DNA of 64,000 nucleotides, taken from the NCBI RefSeq assembly GCF_030684315.1, contig NC_081371.1, forward strand, positions 39,500,390 to 39,564,389, in the 5' to 3' direction. Shown in pieces: positions 1 through 13,254 of the stretch. Origin of the DNA: Stegostoma tigrinum (lineage: Eukaryota). Position 1 is the stretch's first letter; each line of letters begins with the position of its first letter. The translations under genes and the position numbers were made by a program. Under the pieces are notes generated by a model that saw only the letters and a program-made list of their open reading frames with translations, ran no database searches and was not told where the DNA came from.

Positions 1-2527
1 TGGGGGGCCTTTGTGTTTTTCTTAATAAAACATCACTACAGAACGAACAAATAGAATACTTTGTATTCAATTTTACAGAAGAAAGGATATAATATTCAGA
101 GACCTGGCATCCATTATACAAGTCAAATAAGGGAAAAATGATGAAAAATAAAAAAATTAAACAAGTTTTGCAAGAGAGTGATTAAATCAGTTTAGGGGTA
201 ATAATTGCACAATGAAATGACAATTCAGTCATTAAATAAATACTATTTTGTTGAAATATATTTAGTGCATCTGAAAATACTTCAGTTTTTGAGGCAGCAA
301 TGCACTAAATTTATAAAGGACAATGCACATATACAAAAAATGATTAAAAACCTGCTAAAATGCCCAGACTTAAAAAAAATCAACTAATAGCTGACTTCAA
401 AAAGTAAAAATAATGAGTCAAACTGACATGCTACTAGAATGAATAACATATAAAGTTTATTATATTTACCTTACTTCAGCCATGCTGCATGTTAATAAAA
501 CAGATAATTGAAACATTAACTTAGGAAATGTTTAATATATGTCCCAAACTAAAGTATGGGTTGTGCATTTGGCATCATTCCGAATCACTGTTGCTACTAA
601 GTTTAATCTTAAGAACAGGACAACGTGGCTGGGCCTTTGTTTATATCGAATGAATTATAAAATTTAATTCTATGCTTCAGCTTTATATAACTGCTATGAA
701 TTTTAAATTACCAACAATTAAACTCATTTTCACAGCCCCATTTAATTCCCAATGAATAAGTTACATCAGAATTGAACGCTCCCATCCTCAATGATTGAGC
801 AGTTTAATCTGGTGCATAGCAAAGCTTCAGCTGGCTTCAGAGTCTAAAAACTGAACTTGCTTCTTTGGTGCTGCATACATTGAATTTAATGCAGTATAAA
901 CGACAAAGGGATTTGATTCAGCATCTGAGTTGCAGAAAGCCAGCTAATTGGGCTTTAAATGAAAAATTGAGAGTTGAGGTTGAGAATTGAGCTACATATT
1001 TGGATTTGAAAATCAATTGCAAGTATAATTATTTCCCAATATTTAACTGAGAGATTTGAATTCCAAATCAGTCACAGTATAAATATATATTGAAATTGTG
1101 ATGCTCCTCATTCCCTTACTGAATCAGAAAAGTAAAATGCTACAACAGTTTAATGGGTAAATGTAGAATCTATTATGCCATTGATTCCTACAGAATATAA
1201 TTACTTTTCATTCTTTACCTGTGTTCAGTTAACTAATCTCAAATCATATGGCAATTACAGCATATTAATTGGCTTGAGTATCCTTTGGCTGGAGGGCAAG
1301 AAAACTGCCAGAATTTTCATTCACAAATAAGCCCCAGTAATTTGTGCTGGAAATTGACTATATGAAGATTACATTGGGCTTGGTTGCAACGGCCTGCATT
1401 TGAAGGAAACAATAAATAACAACTGATGTGAAAAATGTGAGATCAGGAAGGAAGCAAAGAACATCAGACACCAAAGTAACCCTACCTGAATAGCTATCTC
1501 AGAGAAGGAAGAAAATAGGGAATATAGAGAGAAGAGGGGAACAACAGAAGACAGCATTTTCAAATAAAAGAAAAGTAAGTATTAACATATTTAAATATTT
1601 TTGTAGATACATTTACTCATGTTCTTACGCATGATATCTAAAATATATTCAGACTTTTTAAAACCAGGCAATGCAAACAATTCCCCAAAACATTTTGCAT
1701 TGACTTAATTCTACAATTAAAATGACAAATGTAATATTAATTTGGATTACACTCTGTAGGAAGAAAAAGTTGCTGATAAGTTGCTGCTCCTGTAGACATT
1801 GTCAGAATTCTTAAAATGCATTTGTGGCTAACATTTAATGTTTTATATCAAATTAGCATGATTTGTTATGGAAAACCTTTCTGATGTTAAATGTAGCCAT
1901 ATTAAGGAAAGACCCAAAAGAAAAGCCCACTAAAATAGATATTAAGAGGCATGGAAGTAAAGCATGTGTAAAAAGCTGAATGTTTCTCCAAGACAGAATG
2001 AAATTAAAACATGACACATTGTTCAAAAGACAATTCTCAAAACACTCTTTCCATTTAGGAACAATTTATTTCTCAAAATTGCCCTCCAGAGCATGTACCT
2101 TTCCAATCAGTCGTTTGGTTTCCTTTTCCAATTTATAGCAGTGGTTTACCACTTCTTTATAAATCATCACTCCCTAATTTATTTGATAACAGTTATACTT
2201 GAAACAAAGGTTATTATAAAAATGCAAGCATGGTACTGTGTTTAACCTTAAACACAAAATATGCTTTAATTGGTTTAGTCAGCCCAGTGGACTGTGGACA
2301 AATTACACAAACAAAACATATTCAGGTAATAGGCCAATTCCTTTAAGTTACACGTAAAATTAAAAGTCATACAAACATCAAAACATGCATAACTAACAAA
2401 TTAACACACACCAAAAAAGTTATCCATTTGTAAAGATTTTGAGATATTGAATTAGAAGTTGTTGGGAAAACGTAAACACTTAAATAGCAAGAGCAAATGG
2501 AGTACTCCACATTTTACATATACTTAC

Positions 2528-2692
2528 GCCTTTTCTGTGAAACTGCTTGCAAACATGCTGTCACAATATCACTATTCTTCTGTACTTTGTGTGAAAGGTT
2601 GTCTTTTCTCCTTAATTGACGAACCAGTTTTGCAGATTGGACGGCGATTCTGTATTTCAGCTCTTCAATAATTCGCTTAAGTTCATTTACAT
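2528..2692 (-). CDS. TBC1D30: TBC1D30 coding exon 2
   Basis: AG acceptor at 2694-2693, GTAAGT donor at 2527. Encodes DVNELKRIIEELKYRIAVQSAKLVRQLRRKDNLSHKVQKNSDIVTACLQAVSQKRR, in phase with exon 1. The gene continues past the left edge. Confidence 0.93.
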
Positions 2693-4029
2693 CTGTTATC
2701 ATGAAAAAGGGTATATTTGTAAGCGAAATGTTAATGACTGCAAAATTCTAGTAATAGGTTGTTTCCGTGTCCTTTTAATCAGGAGTTCCACTATTATTAT
2801 AAAAATGATTTAATTTGTTTCAAAACTACCTCAATAGTGAAATAGCTCGTATTTCGGATTTTTTTTTTGAAACTGCCAAATGTTACTGTTTGGTGTGAAA
2901 TCCCCCTCTTTCATCTGTCACTGGAGTAAAATGAGACGATGGAATTCTTGCAAAATGCCAGGAATTGTCCTCAAGTTTTCTTATAGATTTGTAATATTCA
3001 GAAGGAGGTGAATGATCCCTTCAAATATTAGCGACGGATATTCTGATCTCAACGGGCTATTTCACCATCAGAGAGAAGATCTTAATCCCCAAACCTGCAA
3101 TTCCACTGCCTGTTCAATCGGTGTGTATCATTTCGCGGAAAGCGGAAGACACAGATGCAACATTTAGAATCGAAGAGAACATGCTGAGTTTAGAGCTGTG
3201 CCAATGATTTCTCAGCCCGGGCCGCCCACATTAATTAACATGTTCAGCTTCAAAAAAAAATCAGCATTTTTACGCTGCAGAATGAGGCCACTTGGTTCAT
3301 CGTTTCTGTGTTGGCCCTCCAAATGAGAACCTTACTCAACGCTATTCTTTTATCTTCCACCCCCTTTCTGGCTCCACAAATTACGCTTTAAGTGCGCTGC
3401 TGCTGCCACTGAAGTGTTGCACCATTTGACTCAGGTAAATGAGACTAAAGAATTCGATTATTCGCCACGTCAAACTCGACAAGATGCTATTGTAGGCATC
3501 AAACAGGAGATTCTTGCTCTGGCGATAAAGTTAAATATAAAACGTTTCCACTTTTTCTACTGCAATAAGCCCTGGTGATCCAGGAGCTGGACTACACTAT
3601 TAACATCTCAAATAACCAACATCAAACACCTCAAAATACCCATGGTTTCTTCCAACAGTTTACTTTCAGTCACACTGGCTTGTAAAACGATTGTCATTTA
3701 TCACGTACCTCATTTACTTACTTCCACAATTCTACAAGCAATATTTTTGCATACAATAGAATAATTTGAATGATGGTACATTTTAAAGATTATATATTAA
3801 TTAACTGCGAAATTGAGGGTTCCTAGTATTTTAACTAGATTTCCATTGCGTTCTTTAGCAATTCAATGTCACCCAAAGCTTTGTTTGACTCAGTAACCTT
3901 CAGAATTATATTGAATTATATTGAAGTGTAGTCGAACTCAAAATTGATTACAGATACAGGAAGAAAATAGGAAGGTGTTCATTAACATCACGAAGTTTTT
4001 ATGATTTATTTATAGTTTTCATGCTATAC

Positions 4030-4564
4030 CTTTCTGTGCCAGGTACAGCATCTGATGTTTTGTTGTGTACTGTTCCTGAAATTCTTGCAAGAACATAGAT
4101 CCAGAATTACTCCTTCCCAGAAAAGCATCTGAGCTGGAGGTCTCCGTTGAACTATCCACGCTGTCAATGCTTCTGCTGCTGTAAGCGCAGGAATCATACA
4201 GTTCGATCAACAGGCCGTCCACAATGGATGAAGTTCGCTTGCAAGCGATACTCGCTGTTCCAGGCCGGCTGTCCCTGCCTCCGCCACTATATAGGGCTCT
4301 CGCCGCTTTTTCCGTGGCATTCGCCCCTTTCGTCCAGTGCTGCGTTGGCATTAACGTTGAGGGTGACACCGGAGAGAGGGGAATGGCTTCGCTGTTCTTT
4401 GGCAGACAGGGGCCTTGCGCTGTTCTCTGGGGATCGGTGATCTGCATCCACTGCTGGAAGCCGGACATCCCGCTCGAGTTAGAACCAACCGCGAAGCTGT
4501 CATTTCCACTGGAGATGTCGACTTCGGAAAGTTCATTTTGAGGGATGTGAAGAGACGCAGCCAT
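4030..4564 (-). CDS. TBC1D30: TBC1 domain family member 30, long isoform, coding exon 1
   Basis: ATG at 4564 in strong Kozak context (agaATGG), with an in-frame stop upstream at 4616-4618. Encodes RTSSIVDGLLIELY...SIDSVDSSTETSSSD...LQEFQE..KHQMLYLAQK, matching the TBC1D30 N-terminus. Phase-1 GT donor at 4029. Confidence 0.9.
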
Positions 4565-5799
4565 TCTCCACCACCGACTGCCAACTTGCTGCAAGCTCCC
4601 CCCAGGGCCAGTGAGCTACAGGTGGATGGGAAGCTAGTTCCGGGTCCTCACCATTGTACTAACTGGGGAGGCAGCTTCGGCACATCCTCAATTTCTCACA
4701 TCCCCTCCCTTAAATTAGATCCTTTCTTTCTCGGCAAGGGCGGTTCGATTGACTATAACCACATTATATTTACTTTAAAGTACTTTTTTGTTGAGGTTAA
4801 TTGCATTGGAATCACGGACTTCTCTCCTCCCCACCGCCTTTGTGGCACATTCTGGCGACTATAATTTTTGCAGGTAAATTTACCATGTCAGGGTTGGCAG
4901 CCAACTGCAAATGGAATTTACCAAGACGCGGACGCAATGTTTAAAATAAATATAAGGAATATAATAAATTTGAGAGAGATTTTTGGGTATTTAATCAAGG
5001 GATTTTTTCCTTGAGTTTTTTTTCTAGAGTGTCAAATACTGTGCTTTCTAGCTGATATTTTCAGCGTGAAAACTAAAACTAGGGCATAACTGGCTCTGAT
5101 AACAAATGTATACCAAGACTAAGACCACCACAATATGCAATACGTATTTGAAACCTTTTAAATGTTAAGAGAAAAGACAGCACATTATCATTACCACCTT
5201 CCACTATGTTGTGTTTCCTTTAAAACAAAACTCGTAATTTAAGATATATTTTCTGTACAGTCAAGATTACAATTATAATCAAGGAATCTTCAGCAAATTT
5301 TTGACTTCACTTTTACATAGTTATTACCACATTAGTACAGTTAATTTGTGAGCAGAAGCAACTGACTTTGTTCTAATGCTGTTATTAATGAAACTACCCA
5401 ATATATGTTATGTTACATTGTGCTGGTGATTGATGTCTGTACTCAGTGTAGCAAATTGTGTTAATGAATGTAGAGTGCTAAATGTGAGTTCTTTACACTA
5501 GCTTTCTGTAAATGGTTTATGAAAATTTGTCTGTTATTTGGGCATTATAGTTAGCTGTCAGTAAAATCCTATCTCTTCCTTGCTTTTGTATGTTAAAAGT
5601 TTGTTTTGGTTTTATTCAGGAAAACAATTATCATGATTTTCCTTCCTGACTGAAACTCCCACTTGTTATTAGTAGGCCAAACTCTGATTGGCCATTTTAT
5701 TTCTTAATAAAAGAAGCACAAAATCCTCTTAACCCAAATATTGAATTTGGCACTGTGATGGATTTCTGAGTACATATTTAAGATAACAATAAAACCATA

Positions 5800-6428
5800 C
5801 ATTTCTGCCCCCAAACTCAGCCAACTCCACCCTGTCTTAACCTGTCTGCTGCTAATAACATTACTGTCCCTTTGTTTTTAACATTCAGACTTAACTATTC
5901 TAATGTAGTCCTGGCCAACATCCCACATTCTACCCACGTAAACTGGAGGTCATTCAAAACTTTACTGCTTGTGCCTTTACTGGCCCTAGTCCTGTTAATC
6001 TATTCCTATCCTCACTAACCTTCATTGAGATCTTGGGGAAAAAACTAACTTGGTTTTAAAATTCTCATTCATGTTTTAAAATCTGACTCACATCCATCCC
6101 CGTTAGCAGTTCCTGGCCCACATCCCTCCAAGATATCTGAATTCATCTAATTCTAATCTTCTGAGCATCCTTGATTTTAATTGCACCACTACTGATGACC
6201 GTGTTTCACGTGCTTGGGCTCTAAGGTCTGTCATTTGCTCTGCAAAAATTAACCTCTTTCCTATTTAAGATATTCCTTAAAATGTTTCTCTTTGACCAAG
6301 CCTTTGGTCATCCATTACAATATCCCTTTTGTACCTTGATGTGAAATTCTGCTTTGTAATACTCCTCTGAAGTGCATTGGATATGTTTTATTACAATAAA
6401 TATGCTATATAAATGCAAACTATTGTTG
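5800..6428 (+). mobile_element. L2 LINE 3' fragment, degenerate
   Basis: Decayed RLDYSN..LA..P....KLEVIQN..A motif and a tatataaatgcaa..ttgttg tail. Confidence 0.65.
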
Positions 6429-6474
6429 AAAATCAGTGGGGAAAATGGGGAAGGAGGTCATAATAAGGAAAGTA

Positions 6475-6900
6475 TGTTTTTCCAAAAATATACATTATTC
6501 ATAAACTTTTTTAAAGAAAGTACATCGCAAAACATTTCAACTTGAATATTACAGAATTTGCATTACAATTTAACATTTCTCCACACACCATGTTTCACTC
6601 ACTAAGACTGCAATTGCCTTCATTATTACAATACACAGTCCACATCAGGTATCCAGCCAGTGGACAAAACATTTCAAATTGGAGATGACTAAAAGTGCAT
6701 TAGAAATAATATTTGCTTCATAAATCATTTTCTGCTCTGGGGTACTTGAATACCTTTTTCAATTTTCTTAATTTTTCACGATGTACTTTCATCATAGAGC
6801 ACTCAGCGCTGGGGGTCTCCTTGTACACGATAGCTAAAAATCCTTAGTCTCCTAGATTTCTAAGGTGCGTCCAAGTATTTAGTTTCTTTCGGCAAAAGGA
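6475..6900 (-). mobile_element. Tx1/L1-like 3' UTR fragment
   Basis: Reverse complement ends tttatgaataatgtatatttttgga, the same tail as the Tx1/L1 piece ending ~15747. Confidence 0.4.
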
Positions 6901-7075
6901 TCCGTTACATCATTGTTCTGGAATCCAGAAGAAATCTTACAATAGGAATGTTTCCATTCACATGAGAAGCAAACAGGACCTCAGTTTAAAATCTCATGTG
7001 AAAGATAGTGCCTCTTCTTCAGAGCTGCAATGAAAAGTGAATATATAGGTTGTTTCCACACTGCAAGTAATTAGG

Positions 7076-7223
7076 ATGTTGAAGTGCCGGTGATGGACTG
7101 GGATGGACAAGGTCAAAAATCACACAAAACCAGGTGACAGCTGAATAATAATTGAGAGTCCAAAATCTTGTGTCTTCAAACAAACCTGTTAGACTATAAC
7201 CTGGTGTCATATGATTTTTGACC
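7076..7223. mobile_element. Penelope-like short element, family C, inverted arms
   Basis: Arms ggtcaaaaatcacac..accagg / cctggtgtcatatgatttttgacc. Degenerate flanking direct repeats at 7061-7075 and 7224-7237. Ribozyme core decayed. Confidence 0.5.
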
Positions 7224-8429
7224 CTGCGGTAGTTAGGGTCTGGAGTACCCTGCCTGGAAGTGTGGCAGAGGCAGGTCCAATCAAGGCATTCTTGAGGGCA
7301 TTAAATAATTATTTGAATAAAAACAATGTGTAGGGCTATTGTGGAAAAAAAGCAGGAGAATGGCACAAAATCATAATATTCATTCGGACACCCAGTACAG
7401 ACACAATGAGCCATATACTTCCTTACGCATTGAAATAATTCTTGATCCTGTGATTGACTCACTTCACTGGAGTGATTACACTTAAATCCACAACTTCTGA
7501 CTCAGAGGCAAGTATGCACCCAGTAAATGAATACTGTCAGTGGCTGCTCAGGAACCCGCATATTCGTTCATTTGCATATAGTGAATGTTTGTAGCACTAT
7601 TTTTAAAATAAAACCACAGTCTTGATCTGTGTTGCCACCTAGTGATTTAATTGAAAACTCAACTATACCATTATCATTCCTTAGATTCTTTTGAAATAAT
7701 GGGCACAACTGACAATGACAATAACAGGGAGCCCATCCCTGTTTAGTTTAAAAGATGGTACATTCTCACTCACTCACAAGAGGCCAGGATGAGTGCAAAA
7801 TCTTGGGAGGTGCATGATGTCAAAATGAAGCAGAAGTTGGTCTTTTGGGAGCTCTACTCCCTCTCCACTACAGATTAAAAACATAGTCATCGGGCATAAG
7901 GCATGCTTTCTTACGTTCTAAGTAGTGCAGGTCTCACCCATTCTTCAAAACTGTACTGCTTCATTCACCCATCCTCCACTTCATCTGGAGGTCTGAGAGC
8001 CTAGGTTTACAGGGACTCTATTGTCAAAACTCTAAGAGCAGGAAGAACGTTCCCACTATCTCCGTTGTCCTGATGGCCATCAAGAACCTGGAAGACTGCG
8101 CTAAGGTAAGGCAGTTTTTTTAAAATTACTTACCGGTAGCGGGCAGCAGTGTTTTCTCTTTCACAGAAGGAGCGGGAGCAGCAGAGGAAGTGACGAGGAC
8201 CAGAGGGGCAGCCGGGAAGGAAAGTAGTGACCATATATATCAGCAAGGCGGCTAAACCCGAGACTCTACAACTGTAGTGTCTCCCACCCGCCCTCCTCCT
8301 CTAACCAAGTTAATAAGGTAAGGGTCATTCTAAACTTTCTCTATTGAATATAAGTTTGTTATTAATTTTATAGCAACTTGAACCAAGCTTTCTACTTTAG
8401 TACTGAGTGGGTGTTCAGATAAGTGGGGT

Positions 8430-9359
8430 ATGGATGCTGGGGCAGTTGCTTGCTCCTCCTGCAGAATGTGGCAGGTGGGAGACATGGCACACGTCTCCGC
8501 TGGCTACATCTGCGGGAAGTGCACCCAACTCCAGCTCCTTGAAAACCGTGTTAGGGAAATGGAGCTGGAGCTGGATGAACTACTGATCATTCGGGAGGCA
8601 GAGGGGGTAATTGAGAGGAGTTACCGGGAGTTGGTCACTCCTAAGGCTCAGGACAAGGATAGATGGGTTACAGTTAGGGGGAGGAAAGGGGACAGACAGA
8701 CAGTGCAGAGATCCCCTGTGGGCATTCCCCTCAGCAATAAGTATATCGTTTTGGATACTGCTGGGGGGGGATGACCTACCAGAGGAAAGCCATAGTAGTC
8801 AGTTCTCTGGCACTGAGCCTGACACTGTGGCAAAGAAGGGAAGGGGGCAGAATAGAAAAGTACTCATGGTAGGGGACTCGATAGTTAGGGGAATCGACAG
8901 GAGATTTTGTGGTCAGGATCGGGATTCCTGGAAGGTATGTTGCCTCCCTGGTGCCAGGGTCTGGGACGTCTCCGATCGGGTGTATAACGTTCTAAAAGGG
9001 GAGGGTGAACAGCCAGAAATTGTTACATATTGGCACTAATGATATAGTCAGAAAAAGGATTGAGGATATAAAAAGTGGTTTCAGGGAATTAGGATGGAAG
9101 CTGCAGAGCAGGACGAACAGAGTAGTGTTCTCTGGTTTACTACCGGTGCCACGAGATGGCGAGGAACAGGGAGCGGGCGCAGCTTAACACGTGGCTGCGC
9201 AGCTGGTGTAGGAGGGAGGGCTTCAGATATGTAGATAATTGGGATGCCTTCTGGGGAAGGTGGGACCTGTACAAGAAGGCCGGGTTGCATCTGAACTGGA
9301 AGGGGACCAATGTCCTGGGTGGAAGGTTTGCTCGAGTAGTTCGAGAGGGTTTAAACTAG
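8430..9359 (+). pseudogene. CR1 ORF1 (zinc finger, leucine zipper, SGNH esterase), frameshifted
   Basis: ORF pieces 8430-8774, 8611-9039, 9005-9187 and 9156-9359 join into one ORF1. First shift is in the G run near 8763-8770. Confidence 0.88.
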
Positions 9360-9360
9360 T

Positions 9361-12211
9361 ATGGCAGGGGGTGGGAACCTGAGCTGTGTACCGGAGGTGA
9401 GAGTTGATGCAGGTGAGGCAATAGCAAGAGGTAGACCAGCTAGTGGGAAGGATTTTCCTGGGAAGGAACTAAGGGATCAGTTAAAGTGTGTTTGCTTTAA
9501 TGCAAGGAGTATCAGGAATAAAAGTGATGAACTTAGAGCATGGATCAGTACCTGGTGCTATGATGTTGTGGCCATAACAGAGACATGGGTTTCTCATGGG
9601 CAGGAATGGTTGCTGGATCTTCCAGGGTTTAGAGCATTTAAAAAGAATAGGGAGGGGGGGAAAAGAGGAGGGGGGTGTAGCACTACTAATCAGAGAGGGT
9701 ATCACAGCTACAGAAGCTTCCATTGTCGAGGAAGATCTGCCTACTGAGTCAGTATGGGTGGAAATTAGGAACAGCAAGGGAGTAGTCACCTCATTAGGGG
9801 TTTACTACAAGCCCCCCCAATAGCAGCAGGGAGATTGAAGAAAGCATAAGTCAGCAGATTTTGGAAAAGTGTGGACGTGGTAGGGTTGTTGTAATGGGTG
9901 ACTTTAACTTCCCCAATATTGATTCAAACCTCCTTCGAGCAGAAGATTTGAATGGAGCTGTTTTTGTAAGGTGTGTTCGGGAGGGTTTCCTAACGCAGTA
10001 CGTTGACAGGCCGATGAGGGGAGAGGCCATTCTAGACTTGGTGCTCGGAAACGAGTCGGGGCAGGTATCAGATCTTGTGGTGGGAGAGCATTTTGGTGAT
10101 AGTGACCATAACTGCCTCACATTCTACATAGCTATGGAGGAGGAGAGGATTAGGCATAATGGGAGGATATTTAATTGGGGAAGAGGAAACTATGATGCGA
10201 TTAGACTTGAGTTAGGAAGCATGGACTAGGAGCAATTGTTCCATGGTAAAGGCACTATAGACATGTGGAGACTGTGTTTAAGGAACAGTTGTTGCGAGTG
10301 ATGAATTAATATGTCCCTCTGAGACAGGCAAGAAGGGGTAAGATAAAGGAACCTTGGATGACGAGAGCGGTGGAGCTTCTCGTCAAAAGGAAGAAGGTAG
10401 CTTACATAAGGTGGAGGAAGCTATGGTTAAGGTCAGCTCTAGAGGATTACAGGCAGGTGAGGAATGAGCTCAAAAATGGTCTGACGAGAGCCAGGAGGGG
10501 GCACAAGAAAGGCTTGGCAGAATGGATTAGGGAGAACACAAAGGCATTTTACACTTATGTGAGGAATAAGAGAATGGTCAAAGAAAGAGTAGGGCCGATC
10601 AGAGATAGCATAGGGAACTTGTGTGTGGAGTCTGAGGAGGTAGGGGAAGCCCTAAATGAGTTTTTTGCTTCTGTCTTTATGAAAGAAATGAACTTTGTAG
10701 TGAATGAAACCTTTGAAGAGCAGGTGTGCATGCTGGAATGGATAGAGATAGAGGAAGCTGATGTGCTGAAAATTTTGTCAAATATTAAGATTGACAGGTC
10801 GCCAGGCCCGGACCAGATTTGTCCTCAGCTGCTTTGGGAAGCGAGAAATGCAATTGCTTTGCCACTTGCGAAGATCTTTGCATCCTCGCTCTCCACTGGA
10901 GTCGTACCTGAGGACTGGAGATAGGCAAATGTAATTCCTCTCTTCAAGAAAGGAAATAGGGAAATCCCCGGCAATTACAGACCAGTAAGTCTCACGTCTG
11001 TCGTCTGCAAGGTGTTAGAAAGGATTCTGAGGGATAGGATTTATGACCATCTGGAAGAGTACGGCTTTGTGAGGGGCAGGTCATGCCTCACAAACCTTAT
11101 CGAGTTCTTTGAGGATGTGACTAGAAAAGTTGATGAGGGTCGAGCTGTGGATGTGGTGTATGTGGACTTCAGCAAGGCATTTGATAAGATTCCCCATGGT
11201 AGGCTCATTCAGAAGGTCAGGAGGAATGGGATACAGGGGAACTTAGCTGTCTGGATACAGAATTGGCTGGCCAACAGAAGACAGCGAGTGGTAGTAGAAG
11301 GAAAATATTCTGCCTGGAAGTCAGTGGTGAGTGGTGTTCCACAGGGCTCTGTCCTTGGGCCTCTACTGTTTGTAATTTTTATTAATGACTTGGATGAGGG
11401 GATTGAAGGATGGGTCAGCAAGTTTGCAGATGACACAAAGGTTGTAGGTGTTGTTGACAGTAGGGCTGTTGTAGGCTGCAGCGGGACATTGACAGGATGC
11501 AGAGATGGGCTGAGAGGTGGCAAATGGAGTTCAACCTGGATAAATGCGAGGTGATGCATTTTGGAAGGTCGAATTTGAAAGCTGAGTACAGGATTAAGGA
11601 TAGGATTCTTGGCAGTGTGGAGGAACAGAGGGATCTTGGTGTGCAGATACATAGATCCCTTAAAATGGCCACCCAAGTGGACAGGGTTGTTAAGAAAGCA
11701 TATGGTGTTTTGGCTTTCATTAGCAGGGGGATTGAGTTTAAGAGTCGTGACATCTTGTTGCAGCTCTAAAACTTTGGTTAGACTGCACTTGGAATACTGC
11801 GTCCAGTTCTGGTTGCCCTATTATAGGAAAGATGTGGATGCTTTGGAGAGGGTTCAGAGGAGGTTTACCAGGATGCTGCCTGGACTGGAGGGCTTATCTT
11901 ATGAAGAGAGGTTGACTGAGCTTGGACTTTTTTCATTGGAGAAAAGGAGGACGAGAGGGGACCTAATTGAGGTATACAAGATAATGAGAGGCATAGATAG
12001 AGTTGATAGCCAGAGACTATTTCTCAGGGCAGAAGTAGCTAACACGAGGGGTCATAGTTTTAAGCTGGTTGGAGGAAAGTATAGAGGGGATGTCAGAGGC
12101 GCGTTCTTTACACAGAGTTGTGAGAGCATGGAATGCGTTGACAGCGGCAGTTGTGGAAGCAAGGTCATTGGGGACATTTAAGAGACTGCTGGACATGCAT
12201 ATGGTCACATA
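9361..12211 (+). pseudogene. CR1 ORF2 (endonuclease/reverse transcriptase), disrupted
   Basis: Consecutive ORF fragments carry APE and RT motifs. Internal stops and an apparent short deletion near 11060. Confidence 0.9.
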
Positions 12212-12628
12212 AATTTGAGGGTGCATACATGAGGATCAATGGTCGGCACAACATCGTGGACTGAAGGCCCTGTTCTGTGCTGTACTGTTCTATGTTCTAT
12301 GTAATATTCTGGTTTATTAAATTTTATTTTCATTTCTTTTGTGAAATAAATTTAAGTTTTGTTACTGGATGCAAATTTGCAGCATTGCACGTTTGCATTT
12401 CATTGGCAAACCACCAGCTTAAAATGAAAAGAATATGACCTCTCGAGCCACATTTCAGCCTGGGTTCTGATTTGTCCAATAATAACATTAGTTAAGATTG
12501 TAATATTTGGCATCATTCACCTCCAAGTCTCTTCCTTGCAACTTACAAAGTACATCGAGTGGACAGTGAAAAGTTACGGTTTATTAGTTTTTTTTAACAA
12601 ACCCAACGGCTTAATACTTGTTTCTTTT

Positions 12629-12869
12629 CAGTGAAGTCGATAGGCTTCTGATTTCAGCACCTGCCCGCCTTCTGTGGTATTGGACACAGGCAGGGTATGG
12701 GACATAGGGTACATGAGGGCCCAAGAACCAGGACCTGGGGGTCCAAGGGCCCGCTGTGCCCAAGTCAGGAACCAGGTCCCGGGACAGGAGTGGCACCAGT
12801 GCCCATGATTTATGTCCCTACCCCCAGAGACAGGTGGGATGATATTGGATTGACAACCCGATATCACTG
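12629..12869. mobile_element. Palindromic MITE-like element
   Basis: Termini cagtgaagtcg / cgatatcactg; nested internal inverted matches (gggacata/tatgtccc, ggacctgg/ccaggtcc); GC-rich in an AT-rich context. Confidence 0.55.
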
Positions 12870-13254
12870 TGCCATGTTTTACGTAGGTGAATGAGTGTGA
12901 CCTGCCCAATTTGCAGCAGTAGAATCCAGTCCTATAAGATGAACAGACATAGAGTAGTTATGAGGGAACTGAAACACATTATGATGAATGGTAGTTTTCT
13001 CTGTGGTATTGAATTTTTCAGCTCAAAATTTGTCAGTGGAAATGTCTTTTTTAAAAAAAAATCAAATTTCAGATCAAAAAATTTTCATTTTATGCTATTT
13101 TAACTTGAATTATTTGAAGAGATGCTGATTAAGTACTTTTTAAAGCTAAATTTAAATTCTTGATTTTAGTTAGAGTCTCAAAAATTAAGTACACAGGTTT
13201 TAATACAAGCTTTAGTGTTTCTGGGCTGTGAAGGAATGTTTGCAATGTTTTTGA

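Larger units (their letters stand above)
8100..12302 (+). mobile_element. Near full-length CR1-clade LINE, disabled
   Basis: 5' UTR; ORF1 with CxxC..CxxC, coiled coil and SGNH esterase (GDSIVRG, HIGTND); ORF2 with APE endonuclease (NARSIRNK, ITETW, GDFN, SDHN) and RT ([22 protein letters not shown]); (TTCTATG)n tail. Several frameshifts and stops. Confidence 0.95.

Noticed and set aside
4019-4864. Several overlapping ORFs on both strands, and an N-terminal extension of TBC1D30
   Set aside because: By-products of the GC-rich exon 1. Stops upstream leave no convincing extension beyond ATG 4564.
8100-12302. Active autonomous CR1
   Set aside because: Multiple frameshifts and stops in both ORFs. 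No clear TSD found.
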